From Auanema rhodensis (lineage: Eukaryota; Animalia; Nematoda), in assembly GCA_964057225.1 (NCBI GenBank), contig OZ059894.1:24665151-24729150 (forward strand): a stretch of DNA of 64,000 nt, in the 5' to 3' direction. The translations under genes and the position numbers were made by a program. The notes under the pieces were generated by a model, which made no database searches, was not told the DNA's origin, and saw only the letters and a list, made by a program, of their open reading frames with translations. Below, piece by piece: positions 1-13,228 of the stretch. Position 1 is the stretch's first letter. Every line of letters starts with the position of its first letter.

Positions 1-3000
1 GCATGGTAACCATGACTTTGAAATTTACGTGAACTTTAATTTATGCTAATTAAATGTACACGTGATGTGCACTCGGTATGTAACTCGCTTCACGTAAAAG
101 ATAAAGACATGCGGTTTTCAAAATTAGATTCCCCATGTCCATATTAGTCTAAAAACAAATTTTTATTGATATTGGTGCATGGTAACCATGACTTTGAAAT
201 TTACGTGAACTTTAATTTATGCTAATTAAATGTACACGTGATGTGCACTTGGTATGAAACTCGCTTCACGTGAAAGATAAAGAGATACGGTTTTCAAAAT
301 TAAATTCCCCATGTCCATATTAGTCTAAAAACAAATTTTTATTGATATTGGTGCATGGTAACCATGACTTTGAAATTTACGTGAACTTTAATTTATGCTA
401 ATTAAATGTACACGTGATGTGCACTTGGTATGTAACTCGCTTCACGTGAAAGATAAAGAGATGCGGTTTTCAAAATTAGATTCCCCATGTCCATATTAGT
501 CTAAAAACAAATTTTTATTGATATTGGTGCATGGTAACCATGACTTTGAAATTTACGTGAACTTTAATTTATGCTAATTAATTGTACACGTGATGTGCAC
601 TCGGTATGTAACTCGCTTCACGTGAAAGATAAAGACATGCGGTTTTCAAAATTAGATTCCCCATGTCCATATTAGTCTAAAAACAAATTTTTATTGATAT
701 TGGTGCATGGTAACCATGACTTTGAAATTTACGTGAACTTTAATTTATGCCAATTAAATGTACACGTGATGTGCACTTGGTATGAAACTCGCTTCACGTG
801 AAAGATAAAGAGATACGGTTTTCAAAATTAGATTCCCCATGTCCATATTAGTCTAAAAACAAATTTTTATTGATATTGGTGCATGGTAACCATGACTTTG
901 AAATTTACGTGAACTTTAATTTATGCTAATTAAATGTACACGTGATGTGCACTTGGTATGTAACTCGCTTCACGTGAAAGATAAAGAGATGCGGTTTTCA
1001 AAATTAGATTCCCCATGTCCATATTAGTCTAAAAACAAATTTTTATTGATATTGGTGCATGGTAACCATGACTTTGAAATTTACGTGAACTTTAATTTAT
1101 GCTAATTAAATGTACACGTGATGTGCACTTGGTATGTAACTCGCTTCACGTGAAAGATAAAGAGATGCGGTTTTCAAAATTAGATTCCCCATGTCCATAT
1201 TAGTCTAAAAACAAATTTTTATTGATATTGGTGCATGGTAACCATGACTTTGAAATTTACGTGAACTTTAATTTATGCTAATTAAATGTACACGTGATGT
1301 GCACTCGGTATGTAACTCGCTTCACGTGAAAGATAAAGACATGCGGTTTTCAAAATTAGATTCCCCATGTCCATATTAGTCTAAAAACAAATTTTTATTG
1401 ATATTGGTGCATGGTAACCATGACTTTGAAATTTACGTGAACTTTAATTTATGTTAATTAAATGTACACGTGATGTGCACTTGGTATGAAACTCGCTTCA
1501 CGTGAAAGATAAAGAGATACGGTTTTCAAAATTAGATTCCCCATGTCCATATTAGTCTAAAAACAAATTTTTATTGATATTGGTGCATGGTAACCATGAC
1601 TTTGAAATTTACGTGAACTTTAATTTATGCTAATTAAATGTACACGTGATGTGCACTTGGTATGTAACTCGCTTCACGTGAAAGATAAAGAGATGCGGTT
1701 TTCAAAATTAGATTCCCCATGTCCATATTAGTCTAAAAACAAATTTTTATTGATATTGGTGCATGGTAACCATGACTTTGAAATTTACGTGAACTTTAAT
1801 TTATGCTAATTAAATGTACACGTGATGTGCACTTGGTATGTAACTCGCTTCACGTGAAAGATAAAGAGATGCGGTTTTCAAAATTAGATTCCCCATGTCC
1901 ATATTAGTCTAAAAACAAATTTTTATTGATATTGGTGCATGGTAACCATGACTTTGAATTTTACGTGAACTTTAATTTATGCTAATTAAATGTACACTTG
2001 ATGTGCACTTGGTATGTAACTCGCTTCACGTGAAAGATAAAGAGATGCGGTTTTCAAAATTAGATTCCCCATGTCCATATTAGTCTAAAAACAAATTTTT
2101 ATTGATATTGGTGCATGGTAACCATGACTTTGAAATTTACGTGAACTTTAATTTATGATAATTAAATGTACACGTGATGTGCACTTGGTATGTAACTCGC
2201 TTCACGTGAAAGATAAAGAGATGCGGTTTCCAAAATTAGATTCCCCATGTCCATATTAGTCTAAAAACAAATTTTTATTGATATTGCTTCATGGTAACCA
2301 TGACTTTGAAATTTACGTGAACTTTAATTTATGCTAATTAAATGTACACGTGATGTGCACTTGGTATGTAACTCGCTTCACGTGAAAGATAAAGAGATGC
2401 GGTTTTCAAAATTAGATTCCCCATGTCCATATTAGTCTAAAAACGAATTTTTATTGATATTGGTGCATGGTAACCATGACTTTGAAATTTACGTGAACTT
2501 TAATTTATGCTAATTAAATGTACACGTGATGTGCACTCGGTATGTAACTCGCTTCACGTAAAAGATAAAGACATGCGGTTTTCAAAATTAGATTCCCCAT
2601 GTCCATATTAGTCTAAAAACAAATTTTTATTGATATTGGTGCATGGTAACCATGACTTTGAAATTTACGTGAACTTTAATTTATGCTAATTAAATGTACA
2701 CGTGATGTGCACTTGGTATGAAACTCGCTTCACGTGAAAGATAAAGAGATACGGTTTTCAAAATTAAATTCCCCATGTCCATATTAGTCTAAAAACAAAT
2801 TTTTATTGATATTGGTGCATGGTAACCATGACTTTGAAATTTACGTGAACTTTAATTTATGCTAATTAAATGTACACGTGATGTGCACTTGGTATGTAAC
2901 TCGCTTCACGTGAAAGATAAAGAGATGCGGTTTTCAAAATTAGATTCCCCATGTCCATATTAGTCTAAAAACAAATTTTTATTGATATTGGTGCATGGTA

Positions 3001-4424
3001 ACCATGACTTTGAAATTTACGTGAACTTTAATTTATGCTAATTAAATGTACACGTGATGTGCACTTGGTATGTAACTCGCTTCACGTGAAAGATGAAGAG
3101 ATGCGGTTTTCAAAATTAGATTCCCCATGTCCATATTAGTCTAAAAACAAATTTTTATTGATATTGGTGCATGGTAACCATGACTTTGAAATTTACGTGA
3201 ACTTTAATTTATGCTAATTAAATGTACACGTGATGTGCACTTGGTATGTAACTCGCTTCACGTGAAAGATGAAGAGATGCGGTTTTCAAAATTAGATTCC
3301 CCATGTCCATATTAGTCTAAAAACAAATTTTTATTGATATTGGTTCATGGTAACCATGACTTTGAAATTTACGTGAACTTTAATTTATGCTAATTAAATG
3401 TACACGTGATGTGCACTTGGTATGTAACTCGCTTCACGTGAAAGATAAAGAGATGCGGTTTTCAAAATTAGATTCCCCATGTCCATATTAGTCTAAAAAC
3501 AAATTTTTATTGATATTGGTGCATGGTAACCATGACTTTGAAATTTACGTGAACTTTAATTTATGCTAATTAAATGTACACGTGATGTGCACTTGGTATG
3601 TAACTCGCTTGTGCACTTGGTATGTAACTCGCTTCACGTGAAAGATAAAGAGATGCGGTTTTCAAAATTAGATTCCCCATGTCCATATTAGTCTAAAAAC
3701 AGATTTTTATTGATATTGGTTCATGGTAACCATGACTTTGAAATTTACGTGAACTTTAATTTATGCTAATTAAATGTACACGTGATGTGCACTTGGTATG
3801 TAACTCGCTTCACGTGAAAGATAAAGAGATGCGGTTTCCAAAATTAGATTCCCCATGTCCATATTAGTCTAAAAACAAATTTTTATTGATATTGCTTCAT
3901 GGTAACCATGACTTTGAAATTTACGTGAACTTTAATTTATGCTAATTAAATGTACACGTGATGTGCACTTGGTATGTAACTCGCTTCACGTGAAAGATAA
4001 AGAGATGCGGTTTTCAAAATTAGATTCCCCATGTCCATATTAGTCTAAAAACAAATTTTTATTGATATTGGTGCATGGTAACCATGACTTTGAAATTTAC
4101 GTGAACTTTAATTTATGCTAATTAAATGTACACGTGATGTGCACTCGGTATGTAACTCGCTTCACGTAAAAGATAAAGACATGCGGTTTTCAAAATTAGA
4201 TTCCCCATGTCCATATTAGTCTAAAAACAAATTTTTATTGATATTGGTGCATGGTAACCATGACTTTGAAATTTACGTGAACTTTAATTTATGCTAATTA
4301 AATGTACACGTGATGTGCACTTGGTATGAAACTCGCTTCACGTGAAAGATAAAGAGATACGGTTTTCAAAATTAAATTCCCCATGTCCATATTAGTCTAA
4401 AAACAAATTTTTATTGATATTGGT
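1..4424. repeat. Sub-domain 1: variant dimer family (monomer A: CACTCGG, AAAGACAT; monomer B: TATGAAACTC, GATACGG)
   Basis: A-B pairs start at 1, 529, 1233, 2465 and 4073. I did not see these variants after 4424. Confidence 0.9.
3521..3720. repeat. 200-bp monomer with an internal 24-bp tandem duplication
   Basis: GTGCACTTGGTATGTAACTCGCTT occurs at 3587-3610 and again at 3611-3634. The next monomer starts at 3721. Confidence 0.95.
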
Positions 4425-7400
4425 GCATGGTAACCATGACTTTGAAATTTACGTGAACTTTAATTTATGCTAATTAAATGTACACGTGATGTGCACTTGG
4501 TATGTAACTCGCTTCACGTGAAAGATAAAGAGATGCGGTTTTCAAAATTAGATTCCCCATGTCCATATTAGTCTAAAAACAAATTTTTATTGATATTGGT
4601 GCATGGTAACCATGACTTTGAAATTTACGTGAACTTTAATTTATGCTAATTAAATGTACACGTGATGTGCACTTGGTATGTAACTCGCTTCACGTGAAAG
4701 ATGAAGAGATGCGGTTTTCAAAATTAGATTCCCCATGTCCATATTAGTCTAAAAACAAATTTTTATTGATATTGGTTCATGGTAACCATGACTTTGAAAT
4801 TTACGTGAACTTTAATTTATGCTAATTAAATGTACACGTGATGTGCACTTGGTATGTAACTCGCTTCACGTGAAAGATAAAGAGATGCGGTTTTCAAAAT
4901 TAGATTCCCCATGTCCATATTAGTCTAAAAACAAATTTTTATTGATATTGGTTCATGGTAACCATGACTTTGAAATTTACGTGAACTTTAATTTATGCTA
5001 ATTAAATGTACACGTGATGTGCACTTGGTATGTAACTCGCTTCACGTGAAAGATAAAGAGATGCGGTTTTCAAAATTAGATTCCCCATGTCCATATTAGT
5101 CTAAAAACAAATTTTTATTGATATTGGTTCATGGTAACCATGACTTTGAAATTTACGTGAACTTTAATTTATGCTAATTAAATGTACACGTGATGTGCAC
5201 TTGGTATGTAACTCGCTTCACGTGAAAGATAAAGAGATGCGGTTTTCAAAATTAGATTCCCCATGTCCATATTAGTCTAAAAACAAATTTTTATTGATAT
5301 TGGTGCATGGTAACCATGACTTTGAAATTTACGTGAACTTTAATTTATGCTAATTAAATGTACACGTGATGTGCACTTGGTATGTAACTCGCTTCACGTG
5401 AAAGATAAAGAGATGCGGTTTTCAAAATTAGATTCCCCATGTCCATATTAGTCTAAAAACAAATTTTTATTGATATTGGTTCATGGTAACCATGACTTTG
5501 AAATTTAGGTGAACTTTAATTTATGCTAATTAAATGTACACGTGATGTGCACTTGGTATGTAACTCGCTTCACGTGAAAGATAAAGAGATGCGATTTTCA
5601 AAATTAGATTCCCCATGTCCATATTAGTCTAAAAACAAATTTTTATTGATATTGGTGCATGGTAACCATGACTTTGAAATTTACGTGAACTTTAATTTAT
5701 GCTAATTAAATGTACACGTGATGTGCACTTGGTATGTAACTCGCTTCACGTGAAAGATAAAGAGATGCGGTTTTCAAAATTAGATTCCCCATGTCCATAT
5801 TAGTCTAAAAACAAATGTTTATTGATATTGGTGCATGGTAACCATGACTTTGAAATTTACGTGAACTTTAATTTATGCTAATTAAATGTACACGTGATGT
5901 GCACTTGGTATGTAACTCGCTTCACGTGAAAGATAAAGAGATGCGGTTTTCAAAATTAGATTCCCCATGTCCATATTAGTCTAAAAACAAATTTTTATTG
6001 ATATTGGTGCATGGTAACCATGACTTTGAAATTTACGTGAACTTTAATTTATGCTAATTAAATGTACACGTGATGTGCACTTGGTATGTAACGCGCTTCA
6101 CGTGAAAGATGAAGAGATGCGGTTTTCAAAATTAGATTCCCCATGTCCATATTAGTCTAAAAACAAATTTTTATTGATATTGGTGCATGGTAACCATGAC
6201 TTTGAAATTTACGTGAACTTTAATTTATGCTAATTAAATGTACACGTGATGTGCACTTGGTATGTAACTCGCTTCACGTGAAAGATGAAGAGATGCGGTT
6301 TTCAAAATTAGATTCCCCATGTCCATATTAGTCTAAAAACAAATTTTTATTGATATTGGTGCATGGTAACCATGACTTTGAAATTTACGTGAACTTTAAT
6401 TTATGCTAATTAAATGTACACGTGATGTGCACTTGGTATGTAACTCGCTTCACGTGAAAGATGAAGAGATGCGGTTTTCAAAATTAGATTCCCCATGTCC
6501 ATATTAGTCTAAAAACAAATTTTTATTGATATTGGTGCATGGTAACCATGACTTTGAAATTTACGTGAACTTTAATTTATGCTAATTAAATGTACACGTG
6601 ATGTGCACTTGGTATGTAACTCTCTTCACGTGAAAGATAAAGAGATGCGGTTTTCAAAATTAGATTCCCCATGTCCATATTAGTCTAAAAACAAATTTTT
6701 ATTGATATTGGTTCATGGTAACCATGACTTTGAAATTTACGTGAACTTTAATTTATGCTAATTAAATGTACACGTGATGTGCACTTGGTATGTAACTCGC
6801 TTCACGTGAAAGATAAAGAGATGCGGTTTTCAAAATTAGATTCCCCATGTCCATATTAGTCTAAAAACAAATTTTTATTGATATTGGTGCATGGTAACCA
6901 TGACTTTGAAATTTACGTGAACTTTAATTTATGCTAATTAAATGTACACGTGATGTGCACTTGGTATGTAACTCGCTTCACGTGAAAGATAAAGAGATGC
7001 GGTTTTCAAAATTAGATTCCCCATGTCCATATTAGTCTAAAAACAAATTTTTATTGATATTGGTGCATGGTAACCATGACTTTGAAATTTACGTGAACTT
7101 TAATTTATGCTAATTAAATGTACACGTGATGTGCACTTGGTATGTAACTCGCTTCACGTGAAAGATAAAGAGATGCGGTTTTCAAAATTAGATTCCCCAT
7201 GTCCATATTAGTCTAAAAACAAATTTTTATTGATATTGGTGCATGGTAACCATGACTTTGAAATTTACGTGAACTTTAATTTATGCTAATTAAATGTACA
7301 CGTGATGTGCACTTGGTATGTAACTCGCTTCACGTGAAAGATAAAGAGATGCGGTTTTCAAAATTAGATTCCCCATGTCCATATTAGTCTAAAAACAAAT

Positions 7401-10056
7401 TTTCATTGATATTGGTTCATGGTAACCATGACTTTGAAATTTACGTGAACTTTAATTTATGCTAATTAAATGTACACGTGATGTGCACTTGGTATGTAAC
7501 TCGCTTCACGTGAAAGATAAAGAGATGCGGTTTTCAAAATTAGATTCCCCATGTCCATATTAGTCTAAAAACAAATTTTTATTGATATTGGTGCATGGTA
7601 ACCATGACTTTGAAATTTACGTGAACTTTAATTTATGCTAATTAAATGTACACGTGATGTGCACTTGGTATGTAACTCGCTTCACGTGAAAGATAAAGAG
7701 ATGCGGTTTTCAAAATTAGATTCCCCATGTCCATATTAGTCTAAAAACAAATTTTTATTGATATTGGTTCATGGTAACCATGACTTTGAAATTTACGTGA
7801 ACTTTAATTTATGCTAATTAAATGTACACGTGATGTGCACTTGGTATGTAACTCGCTTCACGTGAAAGATAAAGAGATGCGGTTTTCAAAATTAGATTCC
7901 CCATGTCCATATTAGTCTAAAATCAAATTTTTATTGATATTGGTGCATGGTAACCATGACTTTGAAATTTACGTGAACTTTAATTTATGCTAATTAAATG
8001 TACACGTGATGTGCACTTGGTATGTAACTCGCTTCACGTGAAAGATAAAGAGATGCGGTTTTCAAAATTAGATTCCCCATGTCCATATTAGTCTAAAAAC
8101 AAATTTTTATTGATATTGGTGCATGGTAACCATGACTTTGAAATTTACGTGAACTTTAATTTATGCTAATTAAATGTACACGTGATGTGCACTTGGTATG
8201 TAACTCGCTTCACGTGAAAGATAAAGAGATGCGGTTTTCAAAATTAGATTCCCCATGTCCATATTAGTCTAAAAACAAATTTTTATTGATATTGGTTCAT
8301 GGTAACCATGACTTTGAAATTTACGTGAACTTTAATTTATGCTAATTAAATGTACACGTGATGTGCACTTGGTATGTAACTCGCTTCACGTGAAAGATAA
8401 AGAGATGCGGTTTTCAAAATTAGATTCCCCATGTCCATATTAGTCTAAAAACAAATTTTTATTGATATTGGTGCATGGTAACCATGACTTTGAAATTTAC
8501 GTGAACTTTAATTTATGCTAATTAAATGTACACGTGATGTGCACTTGGTATGTAACTCGCTTCACGTGAAAGATAAAGAGATGCGGTTTTCAAAATTAGA
8601 TTCCCCATGTCCATATTAGTCTAAAAACAAATTTTTATTGATATTGGTGCATGGTAACCATGACTTTGAAATTTACGTGAACTTTAATTTATGCTAATTA
8701 AATGTACACGTGATGTGCACTTGGTATGTAACTCGCTTCACGTGAAAGATAAAGAGATGCGGTTTTCAAAATTAGATTCCCCATGTCCATATTAGTCTAA
8801 AAACAAATTTTTATTGATATTGGTGCATGGTAACCATGACTTTGAAATTTACGTGAACTTCAATTTATGCTAATTAAATGTACACGTGATGTGCACTTGG
8901 TATGTAACTCGCTTCACGTGAAAGATAAAGAGATGCGGTTTTCAAAATTAGATTCCCCATGTCCATATTAGTCTAAAAACAAATTTTTATTGATATTGGT
9001 GCATGGTAACCATGACTTTGAAATTTACGTGAACTTTAATTTATGCTAATTAAATGTACACGTGATGTGCACTTGGTATGTAACTCGCTTCACGTGAAAG
9101 ATAAAGAGATGCGGTTTTCAAAATTAGATTCCCCATGTCCATATTAGTCTAAAAACAAATTTTTATTGATATTGGTTCATGGTAACCATGACTTTGAAAT
9201 TTACGTGAACTTTAATTTATGCTAATTAAATGTACACGTGATGTGCACTTGGTATGTAACTCGCTTCACGTGAAAGATGAAGAGATGCGGTTTTCAAAAT
9301 TAGATTCCCCATGTCCATATTAGTCTAAAAACAAATTTTTATTGATATTGGTGCATGGTAACCATGACTTTGAAATTTACGTGAACTTTAATTTATGCTA
9401 ATTAAATGTACACGTGATGTGCACTTGGTATGTAACTCGCTTCACGTGAAAGATAAAGAGATGCGGTTTTCAAAATTAGATTCCCCATGTCCATATTAGT
9501 CTAAAAACAAATTTTTATTGATATTGGTGCATGGTAACCATGACTTTGAAATTTACGTGAACTTTAATTTATGCTAATTAAATGTACACGTGATGTGCAC
9601 TTGGTATGTAACTCGCTTCACGTGAAAAATGAAGAGATGCGGTTTTCAAAACTAGATTCCCCATGTCCATATTAGTCTAAAAACAAATTTTTATTGATAT
9701 TGGTGCATGGTAACCATGACTTTGAAATTTACGTGAACTTTAATTTATGCTAATTAAATGTACACGTGATGTGCACTTGGTATGTAACTCGCTTCACGTG
9801 AAAGATAAAGAGATGCGGTTTTCAAAATTAGATTCCCCATGTCCATATTAGTCTAAAAACAAATTTTTATTGATATTGGTTCATGGTAACCATGACTTTG
9901 AAATTTACGTGAACTTTAATTTATGCTAATTAAATGTACACGTGATGTGCACTTGGTATGTAACTCGCTTCACGTGAAAGATAAAGAGATGCGGTTTTCA
10001 AAATTAGATTCCCCATGTCCATATTAGTCTAAAAACAAATTTTTATTGATATTGGT

Positions 10057-12872
10057 TCATGGTAACCATGACTTTGAAATTTACGTGAACTTTAATTTAT
10101 GCTAATTAAATGTACACGTGATGTGCACTTGGTATGTAACTCGCTTCACGTGAAAGATAAAGAGATGCGGTTTTTAAAATTAGATTCCCCATGTCCATAT
10201 TAGTCTAAAAGCAAATTTGTATTGATATTGGTGCATGGTAACCATGACTTTGAAATTTACGTGAACTTTAATTTATGCTAATTAAATGTACACGTGATGT
10301 GCACTTGGTATGCAACTCGCTTCACGTGAAAGATAAAGAGATGCGGTTTTCAAAATTAGATTCCCCATGTCCATATTAGTCTAAAAACAAATTTTTATTG
10401 ATATTGGTTCATGGTAACCATGACTTTGAAATTTACGTGAACTTTAATTTATGCTAATTAAATGTACACGTGATGTGCACTTGGTATGTAACTCGCTTCA
10501 CGTGAAAGATAAAGAGATGCGGTTTTTAAAATTAGATTCCCCATGTCCATATTAGTCTAAAAACAAATTTTTATTGATATTGGTGCATGGTAACCATGAC
10601 TTTGAAATTTACGTGAACTTTAATTTATGCTAATTAAATGTACACGTGATGTGCACTTGGTATGCAACTCGCTTCACGTGAAAGATAAAGAGATGCGGTT
10701 TTCAAAATTAGATTCCCCATGTCCATATTAGTCTAAAAACAAATTTTTATTGATATTGGTTCATGGTAACCATGACTTTGAAATTTACGTGAACTTTAAT
10801 TTATGCTAATTAAATGTACACGTGATGTGCACTTGGTATGTAACTCGCTTCACGTGAAAGATAAAGAGATGCGGTTTTTAAAATTAGATTCCCCATGTCC
10901 ATATTAGTCTAAAAGCAAATTTGTATTGATATTGGTGCATGGTAACCATGACTTTGAAATTTACGTGAACTTTAATTTATGCTAATTAAATGTACACGTG
11001 ATGTGCACTTGGTATGCAACTCGCTTCACGTGAAAGATAAAGAGATGCGGTTTTCAAAATTAGATTCCCCATGTCCATATTAGTCTAAAAACAAATTTTT
11101 ATTGATATTGGTTCATGGTAACCATGACTTTGAAATTTACGTGAACTTTAATTTATGCTAATTAAATGTACACGTGATGTGCACTTGGTATGTAACTCGC
11201 TTCACGTGAAAGATAAAGAGATGCGGTTTTTAAAATTAGATTCCCCATGTCCATATTAGTCTAAAAACAAATTTTTATTGATATTGGTGCATGGTAACCA
11301 TGACTTTGAAATTTACGTGAACTTTAATTTATGCTAATTAAATGTACACGTGATGTGCACTTGGTATGCAACTCGCTTCACGTGAAAGATAAAGAGATGC
11401 GGTTTTCAAAATTAGATTCCCCATGTCCATATTAGTCTAAAAACAAATTTTTATTGATATTGGTTCATGGTAACCATGACTTTGAAATTTACGTGAACTT
11501 TAATTTATGCTAATTAAATGTACACGTGATGTGCACTTGGTATGTAACTCGCTTCACGTGAAAGATAAAGAGATGCGGTTTTTAAAATTAGATTCCCCAT
11601 GTCCATATTAGTCTAAAAACAAATTTTTATTGATATTGGTGCATGGTAACCATGACTTTGAAATTTACGTGAACTTTAATTTATGCTAATTAAATGTACA
11701 CGTGATGTGCACTTGGTATGCAACTCGCTTCACGTGAAAGATAAAGAGATGCGGTTTTCAAAATTAGATTCCCCATGTCCATATTAGTCTAAAAACAAAT
11801 TTTTATTGATATTGGTTCATGGTAACCATGACTTTGAAATTTACGTGAACTTTAATTTATGCTAATTAAATGTACACGTGATGTGCACTTGGTATGTAAC
11901 TCGCTTCACGTGAAAGATAAAGAGATGCGGTTTTTAAAATTAGATTCCCCATGTCCATATTAGTCTAAAAACAAATTTTTATTGATATTGGTGCATGGTA
12001 ACCATGACTTTGAAATTTACGTGAACTTTAATTTATGCTAATTAAATGTACACGTGATGTGCACTTGGTATGCAACTCGCTTCACGTGAAAGATAAAGAG
12101 ATGCGGTTTTCAAAATTAGATTCCCCATGTCCATATTAGTCTAAAAACAAATTTTTATTGATATTGGTTCATGGTAACCATGACTTTGAAATTTACGTGA
12201 ACTTTAATTTATGCTAATTAAATGTACACGTGATGTGCACTTGGTATGTAACTCGCTTCACGTGAAAGATAAAGAGATGCGGTTTTTAAAATTAGATTCC
12301 CCATGTCCATATTAGTCTAAAAACAAATTTTTATTGATATTGGTGCATGGTAACCATGACTTTGAAATTTACGTGAACTTTAATTTATGCTAATTAAATG
12401 TACACGTGATGTGCACTTGGTATGCAACTCGCTTCACGTGAAAGATAAAGAGATGCGGTTTTCAAAATTAGATTCCCCATGTCCATATTAGTCTAAAAAC
12501 AAATTTTTATTGATATTGGTTCATGGTAACCATGACTTTGAAATTTACGTGAACTTTAATTTATGCTAATTAAATGTACACGTGATGTGCACTTGGTATG
12601 TAACTCGCTTCACGTGAAAGATAAAGAGATGCGGTTTTTAAAATTAGATTCCCCATGTCCATATTAGTCTAAAAACAAATTTTTATTGATATTGGTTCAT
12701 GGTAACCATGACTTTGAAATTTACGTGAACTTTAATTTATGCTAATTAAATGTACACGTGATGTGCACTTGGTATGTAACTCGCTTCACGTGAAAGATAA
12801 AGAGATGCGGTTTTTAAAATTAGATTCCCCATGTCCATATTAGTCTAAAAACAAATTTTTATTGATATTGGT
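10057..12872. repeat. 352-bp dimeric higher-order repeat (7 X-Y dimers followed by X, X)
   Basis: X (T start, GGTTTTTAAAA) starts at 10057, 10409, 10761, 11113, 11465, 11817, 12169, 12521 and 12697. Y (G start, TATGCAACTC) starts at 10233, 10585, 10937, 11289, 11641, 11993 and 12345. Confidence 0.92.
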
Positions 12873-13048
12873 GCATGGTAACCATGACTTTGAAATTTAC
12901 GTGAACTTTAATTTATGCTAATTAAATGTACACGTGATGTGCACTTGGTATGTAAATCGCTTCACGTGAAAGATAAAGAGATGCGGTTTTCAAAATTAGA
13001 TTCCCCATGTCCATATTAGTCTAAAAACAAATTTTTATTGATATTGGT

Positions 13049-13228
13049 GCATGCATGGTAACCATGACTTTGAAATTTACGTGAACTTTAATTTATGCTA
13101 ATTAAATGTACACGTGATGTGCACTTGGTATGTAACTCGCTTCACGTGAAAGATAAAGAGATGCGGTTTTCAAAATAAGATTCCCCATGTCCATATTAGT
13201 CTAAAAACAAATTTTTATTGATATTGGT
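13049..13228. repeat. 180-bp monomer with a 4-bp GCAT duplication
   Basis: GGT-GCAT-GCAT-GGTAACC, with the duplicated GCAT at 13049-13056. The array phase shifts by +4. Confidence 0.95.

Noticed and set aside
83-100. CENP-B box-like motif (CTCGCTTCACGTGAAA)
   Set aside because: It lacks the required TTCG....A..CGGG core. The resemblance is superficial.
1-176. Identity with known 176-178-bp satellites (Brassica CentBr, Arabidopsis CEN178, honeybee AluI)
   Set aside because: Only the length is similar. The consensus has no AAGCTT (HindIII) or AGCT (AluI) site and does not resemble the Brassicaceae repeats as I recall them. A database search is needed.
1-176. 5S rRNA, tRNA or snRNA tandem gene unit, or MITE
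   Set aside because: There is no recognisable RNA-gene sequence, Pol III A/B/C boxes or cloverleaf, and no terminal inverted repeats with target-site duplications.
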